The notes beneath the pieces were generated by a model. That model was not told the DNA's origin, made no database searches, and was given only the letters and a program-made list of their open reading frames with translations. Positions 26,414 to 36,267 of a stretch of 64,000 nucleotides of DNA are shown piece by piece (the stretch's first letter is position 1; each line of letters opens with the position of its first letter). A program made the translations under genes and the position numbers. The stretch is from an uncultured delta proteobacterium (lineage in GTDB: Bacteria; Myxococcota; UBA727; VGSZ01): NCBI GenBank assembly GCA_963775425.1, contig CAVZJB010000006.1:160001-224000 (forward strand), given 5' to 3'.

Positions 26414-27895
26414 ATGCTCATGCGTGCTCTCCTGCTCTTCGCCGCCGTCATCGCCCTCGAGCCCCTCGGCTGCTCGAGCTGCGCCCAGCCCATCGCCGAG
26501 GGCGAGGGCGAAGGCGACGAGGGCGAGGGCGAAGGTGAAGGCGACGAAGGCGAAGGAGAAGGCGAAGGAGAAGGCGAAGGAGAAGGCGAAGGAGAAGGCG
26601 AAGGAGAGGGAGAAGGGGAGGGAGAAGGGGAGGGAGAGGGCGAAGGAGAAGGTGAAGGTGAAGGTGAAGGTGAAGGTGAAGGTGAAGGTGAAGGTGAAGG
26701 CGAGGGGGAAGGAGCCTGTCCGGACCCCGCCGGCACGCTCTTCGTCGACGGCCTCGGCGGCAACGACACGACCGGCAACGGCTCGTCCACGTGTCCCTTC
26801 AAGTCGATCGCGCACGCGCTCACGAGCGCGGCGGCTGACAACAGCATCGACACCGTCCACGTCGCCGGCGGCGCGGCCGGCGCGCCGATCACGTACTCCG
26901 CCGCGGCCACCGGCGAGGTGTTCCCGCTCGCTCCGCGCAACGACCTGGCCATCGAGGGTGACGGCGCCGCCACCGTCGTCATCAGCGGCAACGACCGCAT
27001 CGGCAGTTGCCCCAACGCGACCACCTGCGTCGTGCACGTCGCGCACGACAACGTCTCCATCCGCGCCGTGACAATCTCCTCGGCGGGCGCCGTGCGCGGC
27101 GTGGTCGTCGACAACGCCGTGGGCGTCGCGATCTCCGACGCCACGCTGACAAACATCCCAGGCGCGGCCGTGTTCGCCGCCGGCTCGTCCGAGCTGAGCC
27201 TGACGCGGGTGAACGCGCTCGCCGACGGCACCGGCGTCGTCGCCATCGCCACCGCCGACGTCACGCTCGCGAACGTCAACGCCAGCCAGAACGGGGGAGC
27301 GCTCGCGGCCCGCGACGGCGCCACGCTGACGTCGTCGTCGTGCACGTTCACGAACAACAACGGCAACGACGCGCAGGGCGCCGTGGCCCTCGCCGGCACC
27401 GCTTCGTGGACGTCCACCGACAATCACGTCTCCGACAACGCACGCGACGGCGTGCTCCTCGGGACGCCCGCCGCCGCGAGCGCGAACACGGTGGTGATGT
27501 CGTCGACGGCCGGCGGGCAGGGCTGCGAGATCGAAGGCAACGGCACCGCCGCCCGCGGCAACGGCGTCCGCGCGTTCGGCACCAGCAGCGTCACGCTCGC
27601 GGGTTGCACGGTGCTCGGCAACAGCGGCAGCGGCGTCGACCTCAACGCCCTCGCGCGCGCTGACCTCGGCGCGGCGAGCAACGGCTCCTCCGGAGGCAAC
27701 ACCCTCCAGTCGAGCACGGCCGCGCTCGCGAACGCCGGCGCCGGCGTATGCAACAACACCCTGCTCGACGTCACCGCGGTGAACAATCACTGGTCGGCCT
27801 GCGACCCCGTCACCTCGAGCACCTGCGACAACGCCGTCGACGTCGGCACGCCGAGCACCGGCACCGTCACCACCGCCGGCTGCCTCACGCCTTAG
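26414..27895 (+). CDS. Exported/lipoprotein with (EG)n linker, DUF1565-like motif and right-handed beta-helix
   Basis: FVD..GGNDTTGNGS..CPFKSIAHAL and Y....GEVFPL motifs, then Asn/Gly parallel beta-helix repeats. Confidence 0.8.
   Translation: MLMRALLLFAAVIALEPLGCSSCAQPIAEGEGEGDEGEGEGEGDEGEGEGEGEGEGEGEGEGEGEGEGEGEGEGEGEGEGEGEGEGEGEGEGEGEGEGEGACPDPAGTLFVDGLGGNDTTGNGSSTCPFKSIAHALTSAAADNSIDTVHVAGGAAGAPITYSAAATGEVFPLAPRNDLAIEGDGAATVVISGNDRIGSCPNATTCVVHVAHDNVSIRAVTISSAGAVRGVVVDNAVGVAISDATLTNIPGAAVFAAGSSELSLTRVNALADGTGVVAIATADVTLANVNASQNGGALAARDGATLTSSSCTFTNNNGNDAQGAVALAGTASWTSTDNHVSDNARDGVLLGTPAAASANTVVMSSTAGGQGCEIEGNGTAARGNGVRAFGTSSVTLAGCTVLGNSGSGVDLNALARADLGAASNGSSGGNTLQSSTAALANAGAGVCNNTLLDVTAVNNHWSACDPVTSSTCDNAVDVGTPSTGTVTTAGCLTP
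26498..26713 (+). repeat. (Glu-Gly)n coding microsatellite, about 72 codons
   Basis: GARGGN hexamer run. Confidence 0.97.
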
Positions 27896-27924
27896 GGTTG
27901 TCAGCGCGCCGGGGCGGCGGCCAG

Positions 27925-29196
27925 CTAAGGCAGGCGGAGGACGTCGCCGGGCTGCAGGCCCGAGAGGACCTCGGCGTGGGTCGGGGAGGTCTTGCCGATC
28001 TTGACGTCGACGGTGCTGCCGTCGGCGCGGGTGCCGCTGAAAGCGCCGTTGTTCTCCGTGAGCGCGGCGAGCGGGACGAGCACGGCGTCCTTGGCCAGCA
28101 CCGCCGAGATGTCGGCGCGCACGGTCCCGCCCGGGCGGAGCGGGAGGTCGCTGTCCTCGAGCTCGAGCACGAGCTTCACCTCCTTGAGGCTCCCCTGCGG
28201 CGTGTTGGTGCCCATGCGCTCGTTGCGGGTGGTGGCGAAGTCGTCCTTGCTCACCACTTTGGCCTTGAGCGGCCGATCCGGAGCGAGGGTGACGACGACG
28301 GTGGCCTCGTCGCCGACGCTGACGAGCGAAGCGTCGCGCTGGCGCACGTAGACGGCGGCGTTGAAGCTCGTCAGCTCGGGGATCTCGAGGATCTTGTCTC
28401 CGGGACGCGCCACCTTCCCCGGCGACGCCTTGGTCATCGTCCAGTTCAGGCGCGTGTACGGCGCGTAGAGGATGCCGTCGGCGGGCGCCTTCACGGCGAG
28501 CTTCTGCAGCTCGTCCTTCAACTGGTCGACCTTCTCCTGCGCGGTCTTCACCTGCACCTGCTGGACCTCGAGCGCGGCCTGCTTCTTCTTTTCGAAGGTG
28601 GCGAGCTCCTTCTCCGCCGTCTCCTGCTGCAGCTCGGCGTTGCGGAGGTCGACCTTGGCCTTTTCGAGGTCGAGCTTGGACACCAGATTCACGCCCTCGA
28701 CGACGCTGAGCTTGGCGAGCTGCACGGACATCTTGGCGCGCTGCACGGCGAGCGTGCGCGAGATGGCCTCGTCCTCGTTTTGCTGCTGGACCTTCCTGAG
28801 CTCCGCCTGCGCGACGAGGAGGTCCGCCTGCGCGTCGCGCAGATCCTGCTGGAAGGTGCCGGGCGCGAAGGTGAGCACCGTGTCGCCCTTCTTGACCTTG
28901 GTGCCGTCCGGCAGCACCGACTCCACCGTCACCTGCCACACCTTGCTGAGCTCGGGCACGAGCACCGGATGGCTCTGCCGCGCCTCGATCTCGCCGTAGA
29001 AGCTTCCCGAGAACACGAGGTCGCCCTTGCTGACCTTGACGGTGGGCGCGTCCGCCGCCGCCAGGTCCTCGTCGGCGCCGCACGCCGACGCGAGCAGCGC
29101 CCCGGCCGACAGCAGAAACGCGGCAGCGGCCACCGCGGCGGGGCCGCGGGCCGGCGGGCGGAGCGAGGGCGGGGAGGTTCGAGCGTTCATGGTCAT
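27925..29196 (-). CDS. Periplasmic adaptor (HlyD/MacA-like), lipoprotein-like
   Basis: LASC; PDGTKVKKGD; coiled coil; VKAPADG; VLSGLQPGD. ATGA-coupled. Confidence 0.88.
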   Translation of the reverse strand: MTMNARTSPPSLRPPARGPAAVAAAAFLLSAGALLASACGADEDLAAADAPTVKVSKGDLVFSGSFYGEIEARQSHPVLVPELSKVWQVTVESVLPDGTKVKKGDTVLTFAPGTFQQDLRDAQADLLVAQAELRKVQQQNEDEAISRTLAVQRAKMSVQLAKLSVVEGVNLVSKLDLEKAKVDLRNAELQQETAEKELATFEKKKQAALEVQQVQVKTAQEKVDQLKDELQKLAVKAPADGILYAPYTRLNWTMTKASPGKVARPGDKILEIPELTSFNAAVYVRQRDASLVSVGDEATVVVTLAPDRPLKAKVVSKDDFATTRNERMGTNTPQGSLKEVKLVLELEDSDLPLRPGGTVRADISAVLAKDAVLVPLAALTENNGAFSGTRADGSTVDVKIGKTSPTHAEVLSGLQPGDVLRLP

Positions 29197-30425
29197 CCTC
29201 GTTGCAGCGCTTCGACGGGGTTGACCCGCGCGGCGCGCATCGCCGGCCACAGACCCGAGACGAGCCCAACCGCGAGAGAGAGGGAGAAGGAGAGGATCAT
29301 CGCGGTCCACGCGAACGCGATGGGCAGGTGAAATGCGACGCCGACGACGAAGGAGACGACGTAGCCGAGGACGACCCCGATGCTCCCGCCGATGCAACAG
29401 ACGATGACGGCTTCGAGCAGGAACTGGTCGCGGATGTCTGTGGCGCTGGCGCCGATGGCGCGGCGCAGGCCGATCTCGGTCACGCGCTCCATGATGTTGG
29501 CCAACATGATGTTCATGACGCCGATGCCGCCCACCAGCAGCGATATGGCGGCGATGGAGATGAGCACCACGTTCAGGATGGACTGCGCGGCGCGCTTCTT
29601 CTCGAGGATCTCCTCGGGCGCGATGACCTCGAAGTCGTCGCGCCCGCCGTGGAGCGCGCGCAGCACCGGCGTGACGGCGCGCTTCTTCTGCAGCGTGTCG
29701 GCGAGGCCGCCGACGCGGAGCGAGATGACGTCGACCTCGCGGTACGCCTCGAGCGGCGCGACCTCCTCCTCGGCGGTCTGGAACGGAACCACCACGGCGC
29801 GGTTGTACTGCTCGGGATCGAGCGGCAGCTCGCCGCCGCCCTTCTTCTTGGCGAGCACGCCGACGATCTCGAAGTAGGCGTAGCCGATGCGCACGCGCTT
29901 GCCGATGGCGCCGGCGGGGTACTCCGCCGCGACGTCCGCGCCGACCACGGCCACGCGACGCGCGTGCTCCTCGTCGACGTCGAGGAGCCGGCGCCCCTGG
30001 GTGACCGTGAGGTGGTGGAGGTCGAAGATGGACGGGGAGACGGCCGCGAGCTTGACGTTGTAGCTGGACGCGGGGAGGTCGGTCACGATGATGTCCGACC
30101 AGTGCTCGTAGCCCGCGGCGCCGAGCCCGGGGACCACCGCGCGCAGGGCGTCGATGTCGCTGCGGGCCAGGCCGCGCGAGTCGTTCACGATCTCGGGGAT
30201 CTTCTCGCTCGGCACGTCCTTGGCTTTGATGTGCACGACGTCGCCGCCGAGGGTCTCGATGCTCGCGAGGATCTCGCGCTGCGCGCCCTCGCCGATGGAC
30301 ATCATGCCCACCACCGAGCTGACACCGAGCACCATGCCCAGCAGCGCCAGCGCCGTGCGCAGCGGGTGCGTGCGGAACTGCACCAGGCTGCGCCGCACTT
30401 TCCGGAAGCCCGGCTGGGCGCTCAT
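29193..30425 (-). CDS. MacB/FtsX-type ABC permease
   Basis: LRTALALLG..LGV.SVV, ISLLVGGIGVMNIML, ERVTEIGLRRAIGA and PAMRAARVNPVEAL motifs. Confidence 0.93.
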   Translation of the reverse strand: MSAQPGFRKVRRSLVQFRTHPLRTALALLGMVLGVSSVVGMMSIGEGAQREILASIETLGGDVVHIKAKDVPSEKIPEIVNDSRGLARSDIDALRAVVPGLGAAGYEHWSDIIVTDLPASSYNVKLAAVSPSIFDLHHLTVTQGRRLLDVDEEHARRVAVVGADVAAEYPAGAIGKRVRIGYAYFEIVGVLAKKKGGGELPLDPEQYNRAVVVPFQTAEEEVAPLEAYREVDVISLRVGGLADTLQKKRAVTPVLRALHGGRDDFEVIAPEEILEKKRAAQSILNVVLISIAAISLLVGGIGVMNIMLANIMERVTEIGLRRAIGASATDIRDQFLLEAVIVCCIGGSIGVVLGYVVSFVVGVAFHLPIAFAWTAMILSFSLSLAVGLVSGLWPAMRAARVNPVEALQRG

Positions 30426-31564
30426 GGCGTCCCCCGCGGTCGCGGCCGGGGCTGGCCCGGCGCGTCCGCCGGCAGCGCCTGCGGGGCGGCGGACGAAGGG
30501 AGGCGCACCACGAGCTCCGTGCCTGCGCTGAGGGCCTTCGGCGACTCGTCGAAGTCGGCGCTGACGGCGAAGGCCTTCTCGCGCGCGTTCGGGAGGTCGT
30601 CGTTTTCGAGGAGGTAGCCGATCTCTTGCGGGAAGTAGTCGATGGAGCTGACCGTGGCCCTGTGCTCCTCGCGAGAGCCCTGCGTGGTGACGACGACGGC
30701 GGAGCCCACCGAGAGCTCGTGGATGCGGTACTCGGGCACGAAGAAGCGCACCGCGAGCGCGCTGTCCTTCGCCACCGACATCACCTTGGTGCCGCCGGCG
30801 ATGGAGTCGCCCTTTTGCACCTTCCGGCGTTCGCGCCCGTTGAATGCGTGGCGCACGACGCCGTCGTGCGGTGCGTGGACCACGAAGCGATCTTCGTAGA
30901 AGTGGTAGGTGTCCATGTCCGAGTGCGCGCGCTTGACCGTGAGGTCCTGGTACGCCTTCTCCGCCTCGTTGGCCCGCTCCGCCGAAGCGATGCGCTGCTT
31001 GGCCGCGTCCACCTCGAAGTCCGCGATCTCCTTGCTGATGCGGTAGATCTCCGCCTGCCGCCGCGACAGCGCCCGCTCCTTCTCGACGTCGATGCGCGCG
31101 AGCTGCGCCTCGATCTCCTTCTTCTTCTCGTCGAGCCGCAGGCCGTCCACCGTCTGCTGCGCGTCGATCTTGGCCGACGCCGCCTTGGCCTCCGCCGACG
31201 AGATGCGCTGCTGGATCCAGCTCAGCGCGTCCTTGCCGCGAAAGTCGAAGCGCGCGACGACGTCGCCGGCCTTCACCGCCGTGCCGTCGGGCGCGAGCTC
31301 CACGAGCTTGCTCGCGTGCCACCACGAGTTCCAGCCGGAGATGGAAAAGCCCGCCTCGGGCCCGTAGATGTCGGTGGCGTGGGCGGCGACGGAGATGCCG
31401 GTGAAGGCGTCTGCGGGCGGCCGCTTGGACGCGTCCTCGCTCTTGTCGCTCTTGCCGCTCTTGCCGGCGGCCGCGGCGCTTTTGGCTCCGCCGCCCCCGC
31501 CGACCGCGGAGTCGCCCGCGGCGCTCGCGGCGAACAGCAAGGCGGCGGCGACGAGCACCTTCAT
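30422..31564 (-). CDS. Second periplasmic adaptor (HlyD-like)
   Basis: Signal peptide; PDGTAVKAGD; helical hairpin; VHAPHDG. Confidence 0.8.
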   Translation of the reverse strand: MKVLVAAALLFAASAAGDSAVGGGGGAKSAAAAGKSGKSDKSEDASKRPPADAFTGISVAAHATDIYGPEAGFSISGWNSWWHASKLVELAPDGTAVKAGDVVARFDFRGKDALSWIQQRISSAEAKAASAKIDAQQTVDGLRLDEKKKEIEAQLARIDVEKERALSRRQAEIYRISKEIADFEVDAAKQRIASAERANEAEKAYQDLTVKRAHSDMDTYHFYEDRFVVHAPHDGVVRHAFNGRERRKVQKGDSIAGGTKVMSVAKDSALAVRFFVPEYRIHELSVGSAVVVTTQGSREEHRATVSSIDYFPQEIGYLLENDDLPNAREKAFAVSADFDESPKALSAGTELVVRLPSSAAPQALPADAPGQPRPRPRGTP

Positions 31565-32397
31565 GGCGCCCCCGCCGCGGCCGGGGCCTCGTCGATGCGG
31601 CCGTCGAGCATATGGATGGTGCGACCGGCGAGCGCGGTGGCGACGCCGGGGTCGTGGGTGACGACGACGAGCGTGGCGCCGAACATCTCGTGCACCTTGC
31701 CGAACAGCTCGAGGATGGCGCCCTGCGAGCGCGAGTCCAGCGCCCCGGTGGGCTCGTCCGCGAGGAGCATCTGCGGCTCGTTCACCAGGGCGCGCGCGAT
31801 GGCCACGCGCTGGCGCTCCCCGCCCGACAGCTCGTTGGGACGGTGGTCCATGCGGTGCTCGAGGCCGACGAGCGCGAGCAGCTCACGGGCGCGGGCGTCG
31901 CCGTCGGCCGCCGTGCCGGCGCGCTCCGGGGCATGCGGCAGGGCGCGCGCACGAGGCGGCTTTCGATATTCGAGCGGCAGCTTGACGTTTTCGAGGATGG
32001 TGAGGCCGGCGAGGAGGTGGAACGCCTGAAAGACGAAGCCGAAGCGCGCGTTGCGCAGGCGGGAGAGGGTGTCGTCGTCGAAGGCGCCGACGTCGGTGCC
32101 GTCGATGCGGTAGGTGCCCGTCGACGGTGCGTCCAGGCAGCCGAGGATGTTCAACAGCGTGGACTTGCCCGACCCGGAGCGGCCCATGATGGCGACGCGC
32201 TCGCCGCGGCTGATGGTGAGGTCCACGCCCTGGAGCACGGGCACGGCGGTCTCGTCGCGGCGATAGGTCTTGGTGATCCCCGCGAGCTCCACAAAAGGAT
32301 CCTGCGCCCCTGATCGAGCCGCGGGGGCTGCGTCGGCGGGGACCGACGCGGGGAACCCCGTCGGCGGCGTCTGTGCGGGGGGCGAGACGTGGCTCAC
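31561..32397 (-). CDS. ABC ATP-binding protein (LolD/MacB type)
   Basis: GRSGSGKST, LSGGERQRVAIARAL and LADEPTGALD motifs; GTG 32397 overlaps the TolC stop. Confidence 0.93.
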   Translation of the reverse strand: MSHVSPPAQTPPTGFPASVPADAAPAARSGAQDPFVELAGITKTYRRDETAVPVLQGVDLTISRGERVAIMGRSGSGKSTLLNILGCLDAPSTGTYRIDGTDVGAFDDDTLSRLRNARFGFVFQAFHLLAGLTILENVKLPLEYRKPPRARALPHAPERAGTAADGDARARELLALVGLEHRMDHRPNELSGGERQRVAIARALVNEPQMLLADEPTGALDSRSQGAILELFGKVHEMFGATLVVVTHDPGVATALAGRTIHMLDGRIDEAPAAAGAP

Positions 32398-33869
32398 GGC
32401 GTCTGCACCTCCACGCCGGCGGTCTCGGCGAGACGGCCCTCGAGCGCGAGCAGCCGGGCGCGCGAGACGTGCACGGCGCGCACCGTCTGGCGCAGCGCGA
32501 TGGAGGCCTCGTCGAGCTCGCGCTGGAAGCGCACGACGTCGGCGAGGGTGGAGATGCCGTTTTTGTACTTGTCGTTCTGCGCGGTGAGCTTCTTGTCGGC
32601 GAGGTCGAGCTGCTTGCGGCCGAGCTTCTCGAGGCGCAGGTTGAGCGCGAGCTCGCCGACGGCGCCTTCGATGGCGTGGCGGAGGGCGAGCGTGCGGCTG
32701 TCGAGCTCGAGGCGCTCGCGCTCCGCCTCGACGTGCTCGGCGTCCACCGACGCCTGTACCGCCGGCACGCCGAGCGGCAGGGAGAACACCACGCCCACGC
32801 GCGCGTCGGGCACCGGCGACGTGAAGACGCGCTGGGCCGCGGGGTGCGCGATGTCGCCCTTGGCGCCGAGGGCGATGGAGCCGTCGAGGTCGAGCTGCGG
32901 CAGCGCGTGCACCGCGGCGGTGCGCTCGCGCGCGCTCGCGAGCTGCGCGCGCAGCCGCTGCTCGGCGAGCCCGGGGCTGCCCTCGACAGAGACCTGCAGG
33001 CTCTCGTCGAGGTCGGCGGGCTCGCCGTCGGAGCCGCGCAGGGCGCCGAGATCCTCGCGGACGCTCACCGGCGCGTCCGGCTCCAGCCAGAGGAGCTCGG
33101 CCAGGTGGCGGCGCGCGGACTCCCGCGCCTCCTGCGCGCGCGCGAGCTCGGACTCGAAGAACACGAGGTTCTCGTCGACGAGATAGATCTCGACGTCGGC
33201 GAGGATGCCGCGGCGGATGTTCTCCGCGGTGTCCTCGCGCTGCTGGCGCGCGCGCTCGAGCGAGCGCTCCTTGATGGCGACGTCGGCCTGGGCGAGGGCG
33301 AGGTCCCAATACGCGCCCTCGACCTCGACGATGAACTGCTCCACCTCGCCGCGCAGCGTCTCCTTGGCGATGCGCGCGGCGAGCGCGGTCTGCTCGAGCG
33401 GCGCCGATGCGCCCGGCAGCCATGCGTCCTTCAACAACGGCTGCGACACCGAGAGCACGAGGGCGCCATCGCTGTGGGACGACGGGCCGGCGAAGTCGCG
33501 CTCGAGCGCGAGCGAAGCGCCGAGCTGCGTACCGAGGGGCGTTTGCCACGCGAGGCCCACGGAGCTGTCGGCGCTCTTGCCGGTGGTGCCGTCGCCGGGG
33601 ACGGCGCTCGAGCGAATGTCGGCGAGGCCGGCGCTCACCTGGAGATCCGGGGTGAAGCCCCACCACGCCGCGCTCGCCTGAGCGGCGGCGCGGTGGGCGA
33701 CGAGCCGCTGCTGCAGCAGATCGAGGTTGTGGGCGACGGCGGCGCGCACGGCGTCCTCGAGGGAGAGCGCGCGGGCGGGACCGTTCCCGCCCGAAGCCGC
33801 GCCGGGCGCCGCGGGGGCGACAGGGGGGACGGAGACGAGGACGGCGGCTGCGAAGGTGGCGAGGAGCAC
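32394..33869 (-). CDS. TolC family outer-membrane protein
   Basis: LSLEDAVRAAVAHN; VEGAYWDL; KYKNGIST. GGAGG before GTG 33869. Confidence 0.88.
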   Translation of the reverse strand: MLLATFAAAVLVSVPPVAPAAPGAASGGNGPARALSLEDAVRAAVAHNLDLLQQRLVAHRAAAQASAAWWGFTPDLQVSAGLADIRSSAVPGDGTTGKSADSSVGLAWQTPLGTQLGASLALERDFAGPSSHSDGALVLSVSQPLLKDAWLPGASAPLEQTALAARIAKETLRGEVEQFIVEVEGAYWDLALAQADVAIKERSLERARQQREDTAENIRRGILADVEIYLVDENLVFFESELARAQEARESARRHLAELLWLEPDAPVSVREDLGALRGSDGEPADLDESLQVSVEGSPGLAEQRLRAQLASARERTAAVHALPQLDLDGSIALGAKGDIAHPAAQRVFTSPVPDARVGVVFSLPLGVPAVQASVDAEHVEAERERLELDSRTLALRHAIEGAVGELALNLRLEKLGRKQLDLADKKLTAQNDKYKNGISTLADVVRFQRELDEASIALRQTVRAVHVSRARLLALEGRLAETAGVEVQTP

Positions 33870-34039
33870 GGCGCCTCCAACCTGGCAGATCGCCCCGGCA
33901 TTCCAAGTGGGCTCCCGGCGAAAGCGCTCCGGCTGACGCAGCGCGCCGCGCGCCGGCGCCTCGTCGTGGCGACGCGCGATGAACGACAGCGCGAAACGGG
34001 CCCGCGTTCGGGCTACGCTGCGCCACCCAGGAGCGGGCG

Positions 34040-34470
34040 ATGTGGGAACAGGTGATGGACGCGCGCGGCGACGCCACATCGCTGTGGAGCGAGATCGGAG
34101 ACGCCGTCGTCGACGCCCAGGGGCGCTACGTCGTCGCCTCCGGCCGCAACTTCGGCACGGACAAGATCACGATCACCTGTCGCGACGCCAAGCTCGCGCC
34201 GGTGTGGAAGAACGAGGAGCTCCGTTCGACCTCCACCACGTTCGCCTCACACCGACCATGGACTGGCGCGACGGCGGGGTCGTCGAGCAGCCGCGGCGCA
34301 TCACCGCCACGCCCGACGGCACCGTCGGTCTCTGGGACCATGGGGGCAAGCTCACGCTCCTCGGGCCCGATCGCCAGGTTCGGTTGATGACCACGGCCGC
34401 GCGCGCGAGCATCGAGAGCCGGCGCGCGGATCGGGACAAGAAGATCGCGTTGGACGAGGTCGTCGACTGA
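34040..34470 (+). pseudogene. Frameshifted hypothetical (beta-propeller-like fragment)
   Basis: Coding-like frame ...VWKNEEL switches near 34222 to PFDLHHVRL...DEVVD*. Confidence 0.45.
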
Positions 34471-34491
34471 GGTCGACGGAGGAGGTTCGGC

Positions 34492-35754
34492 GTGACGGGC
34501 ACACCGCTGAGCGCGGTCGACGCCGCGTGGCTCCACATGGACCGCGCCACCAACCGTATGGTGATCACGGCGGTGTTGCTGTTCGACGACGTCATCGCCA
34601 AGGGCGAGCTCGTCAAGCTCCTCGAGGAGCGACTGCCGCGTGCGCGCTTTCGCCAGCGCATCGTCGAGCGCAGCGGCTTCCGGCGGCCGCGCTTCGTCGA
34701 CGTCCCCGTCGCGTTCCACGCGCACGTGGACGAGGTGCCCTGGCCGGCGCCGGGGGACGAACGCGCCCTCGAGCATCTCGTCGCCGAGGGGGCGTCGGCG
34801 CCGTTCCCCGCTGAGCGGCCGTTGTGGAACGCGCGCCTCGTCGTCGACGAAGGGCGCACCCGGTGCGCGATGATCTTTCGCGCGCACCACTGCCTCGCCG
34901 ACGGGCTCGCCCTCGTACGTACGCTCCTGCACCTCATCGACGAGCGCGACGCGCGCGTGCCCTCCGTCGGCCGGGCGCGCCCGCCGCCGTCGCGCTCCCC
35001 GGTGCGGCTGGCGGCGCGCGCGGCGTGGCACGGCGCCACCATGGTGCGCCTGCTCACGCTGCGGCCGGATCCCCGCCTGCCGTGGAAGCGGGGGCTGACC
35101 ACGTCGAAGAGCATGGCGTGGACCCGGCCCATCGCGCTCGACGACGTCAAGCGCGCGGCCCGCGCCCGGGGCGCCCACCTCACCGACGCGCTGCTCGCGT
35201 GCGCCACGGGAGCGCTGCGCCGCGCCGAGGGGCGTGGGCATCGCGTGCGCGCGCTGGTGCCTACGTTCCTCAAGGCGCCCGGTGACGACGACGCGCTCGG
35301 CAACCGCTTCGGCCTCGTATACGTGCCGCTGCCCCTCGACGTCGACGACGCCGGCGCCCGCGTGCGCCTCCTGGGAGAGCGCACGGCAAAGACCACGCGC
35401 TCCGCCGACGCCGCCGTCGCCCTCGAGATCCTCGGGGCGCTCGGCCGCGTCAGCCGCCGCCTCGAGGACGTGGGTGTCGCGATCTTCTCGAGCAAGGCGA
35501 GCGCGATGATCACGAGCGTCCCCGGGCCCACGGCGCCGGTGCACATCCTCGGACGCGAGCTCTTGGACATCATCGCGTTCGGCCCCGCCGCCGGCTCCAT
35601 CGGCCTCACCGCCGGCCTGTTCTCGTATCGCGGGCACATCCGCGTCGCGTTCTCCGTCGACCCGGCCCTGGGCGTCGACGCGCGCACCCTCGCCGACGCG
35701 TTCGAGGCGGAGGCCGCGCTCGTCGCCGCGATCAGCGTCGCCGCTCCGGCGTAG
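34492..35754 (+). CDS. Wax ester synthase/DGAT acyltransferase
   Basis: LSAVDAAWL, RPLW, HHCLADG, LGNRFG and TSVPGP motifs; GGAGG RBS. Confidence 0.9.
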   Translation: MTGTPLSAVDAAWLHMDRATNRMVITAVLLFDDVIAKGELVKLLEERLPRARFRQRIVERSGFRRPRFVDVPVAFHAHVDEVPWPAPGDERALEHLVAEGASAPFPAERPLWNARLVVDEGRTRCAMIFRAHHCLADGLALVRTLLHLIDERDARVPSVGRARPPPSRSPVRLAARAAWHGATMVRLLTLRPDPRLPWKRGLTTSKSMAWTRPIALDDVKRAARARGAHLTDALLACATGALRRAEGRGHRVRALVPTFLKAPGDDDALGNRFGLVYVPLPLDVDDAGARVRLLGERTAKTTRSADAAVALEILGALGRVSRRLEDVGVAIFSSKASAMITSVPGPTAPVHILGRELLDIIAFGPAAGSIGLTAGLFSYRGHIRVAFSVDPALGVDARTLADAFEAEAALVAAISVAAPA

Positions 35755-36267
35755 TCAGCCGCAGCTCGGGCAGGGCGAGGTGTCCACGCAAGCGTGTACG
35801 ACGACGTCGTCATCGGGCTTCACGCGCAGCGCGACTGCGAGCTCGAGCGACGCGCCGTCTTTGCACGCGATGGACCGGGTGGCGCCCACATGCAGGGTGT
35901 TTCCGTCGCGCGCGACGAACTCCACCTGTGCGCGCGCGGCGTTCTCGACGGCCACGACGAAGAGGTGCTCGGCCGTGAAGTCGACGCCCGAGGTGACCAC
36001 CGTGGTGTCGGGACAACGCAAGGCGTCCTGGAACTCGTTCTCGTTCGTGATCTTCGCGTCGACGGGCGCGAAGGAGCAGCCGCCGGGCGCCGAGTAGACG
36101 TCGGGGTCCTCGGAGACGACGCCGGCGAGATCGAACGCGTCGGGCGTGCACGCGCTCTCCGCGGGGTCGCAGGGCGTGCACGAGCCCGCACACGCGAGCG
36201 CGAGGACGGCGGCGCTGACGAGAGGCAACCGGCCGCGGCCGATCGGCGACCGGCGGGAGCGCGTCAT
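35755..36267 (-). CDS. Cys-rich putative lipoprotein
   Basis: ATGA-coupled to PBP1A; LALAC; SGVDFTAEHLFVV. Confidence 0.65.
   Translation of the reverse strand: MTRSRRSPIGRGRLPLVSAAVLALACAGSCTPCDPAESACTPDAFDLAGVVSEDPDVYSAPGGCSFAPVDAKITNENEFQDALRCPDTTVVTSGVDFTAEHLFVVAVENAARAQVEFVARDGNTLHVGATRSIACKDGASLELAVALRVKPDDDVVVHACVDTSPCPSCG

Noticed and set aside
26401-27423. (SP)n antisense ORFs here and at 51140-51442
   Set aside because: Reverse-strand readings of the EG repeats.
26009-29269. 1086-aa ORF and other long Arg/Ala-rich ORFs (e.g. 8522-11173, 39032-42037, 48451-51093)
   Set aside because: Shadow frames of real genes in high-GC DNA; no motifs.
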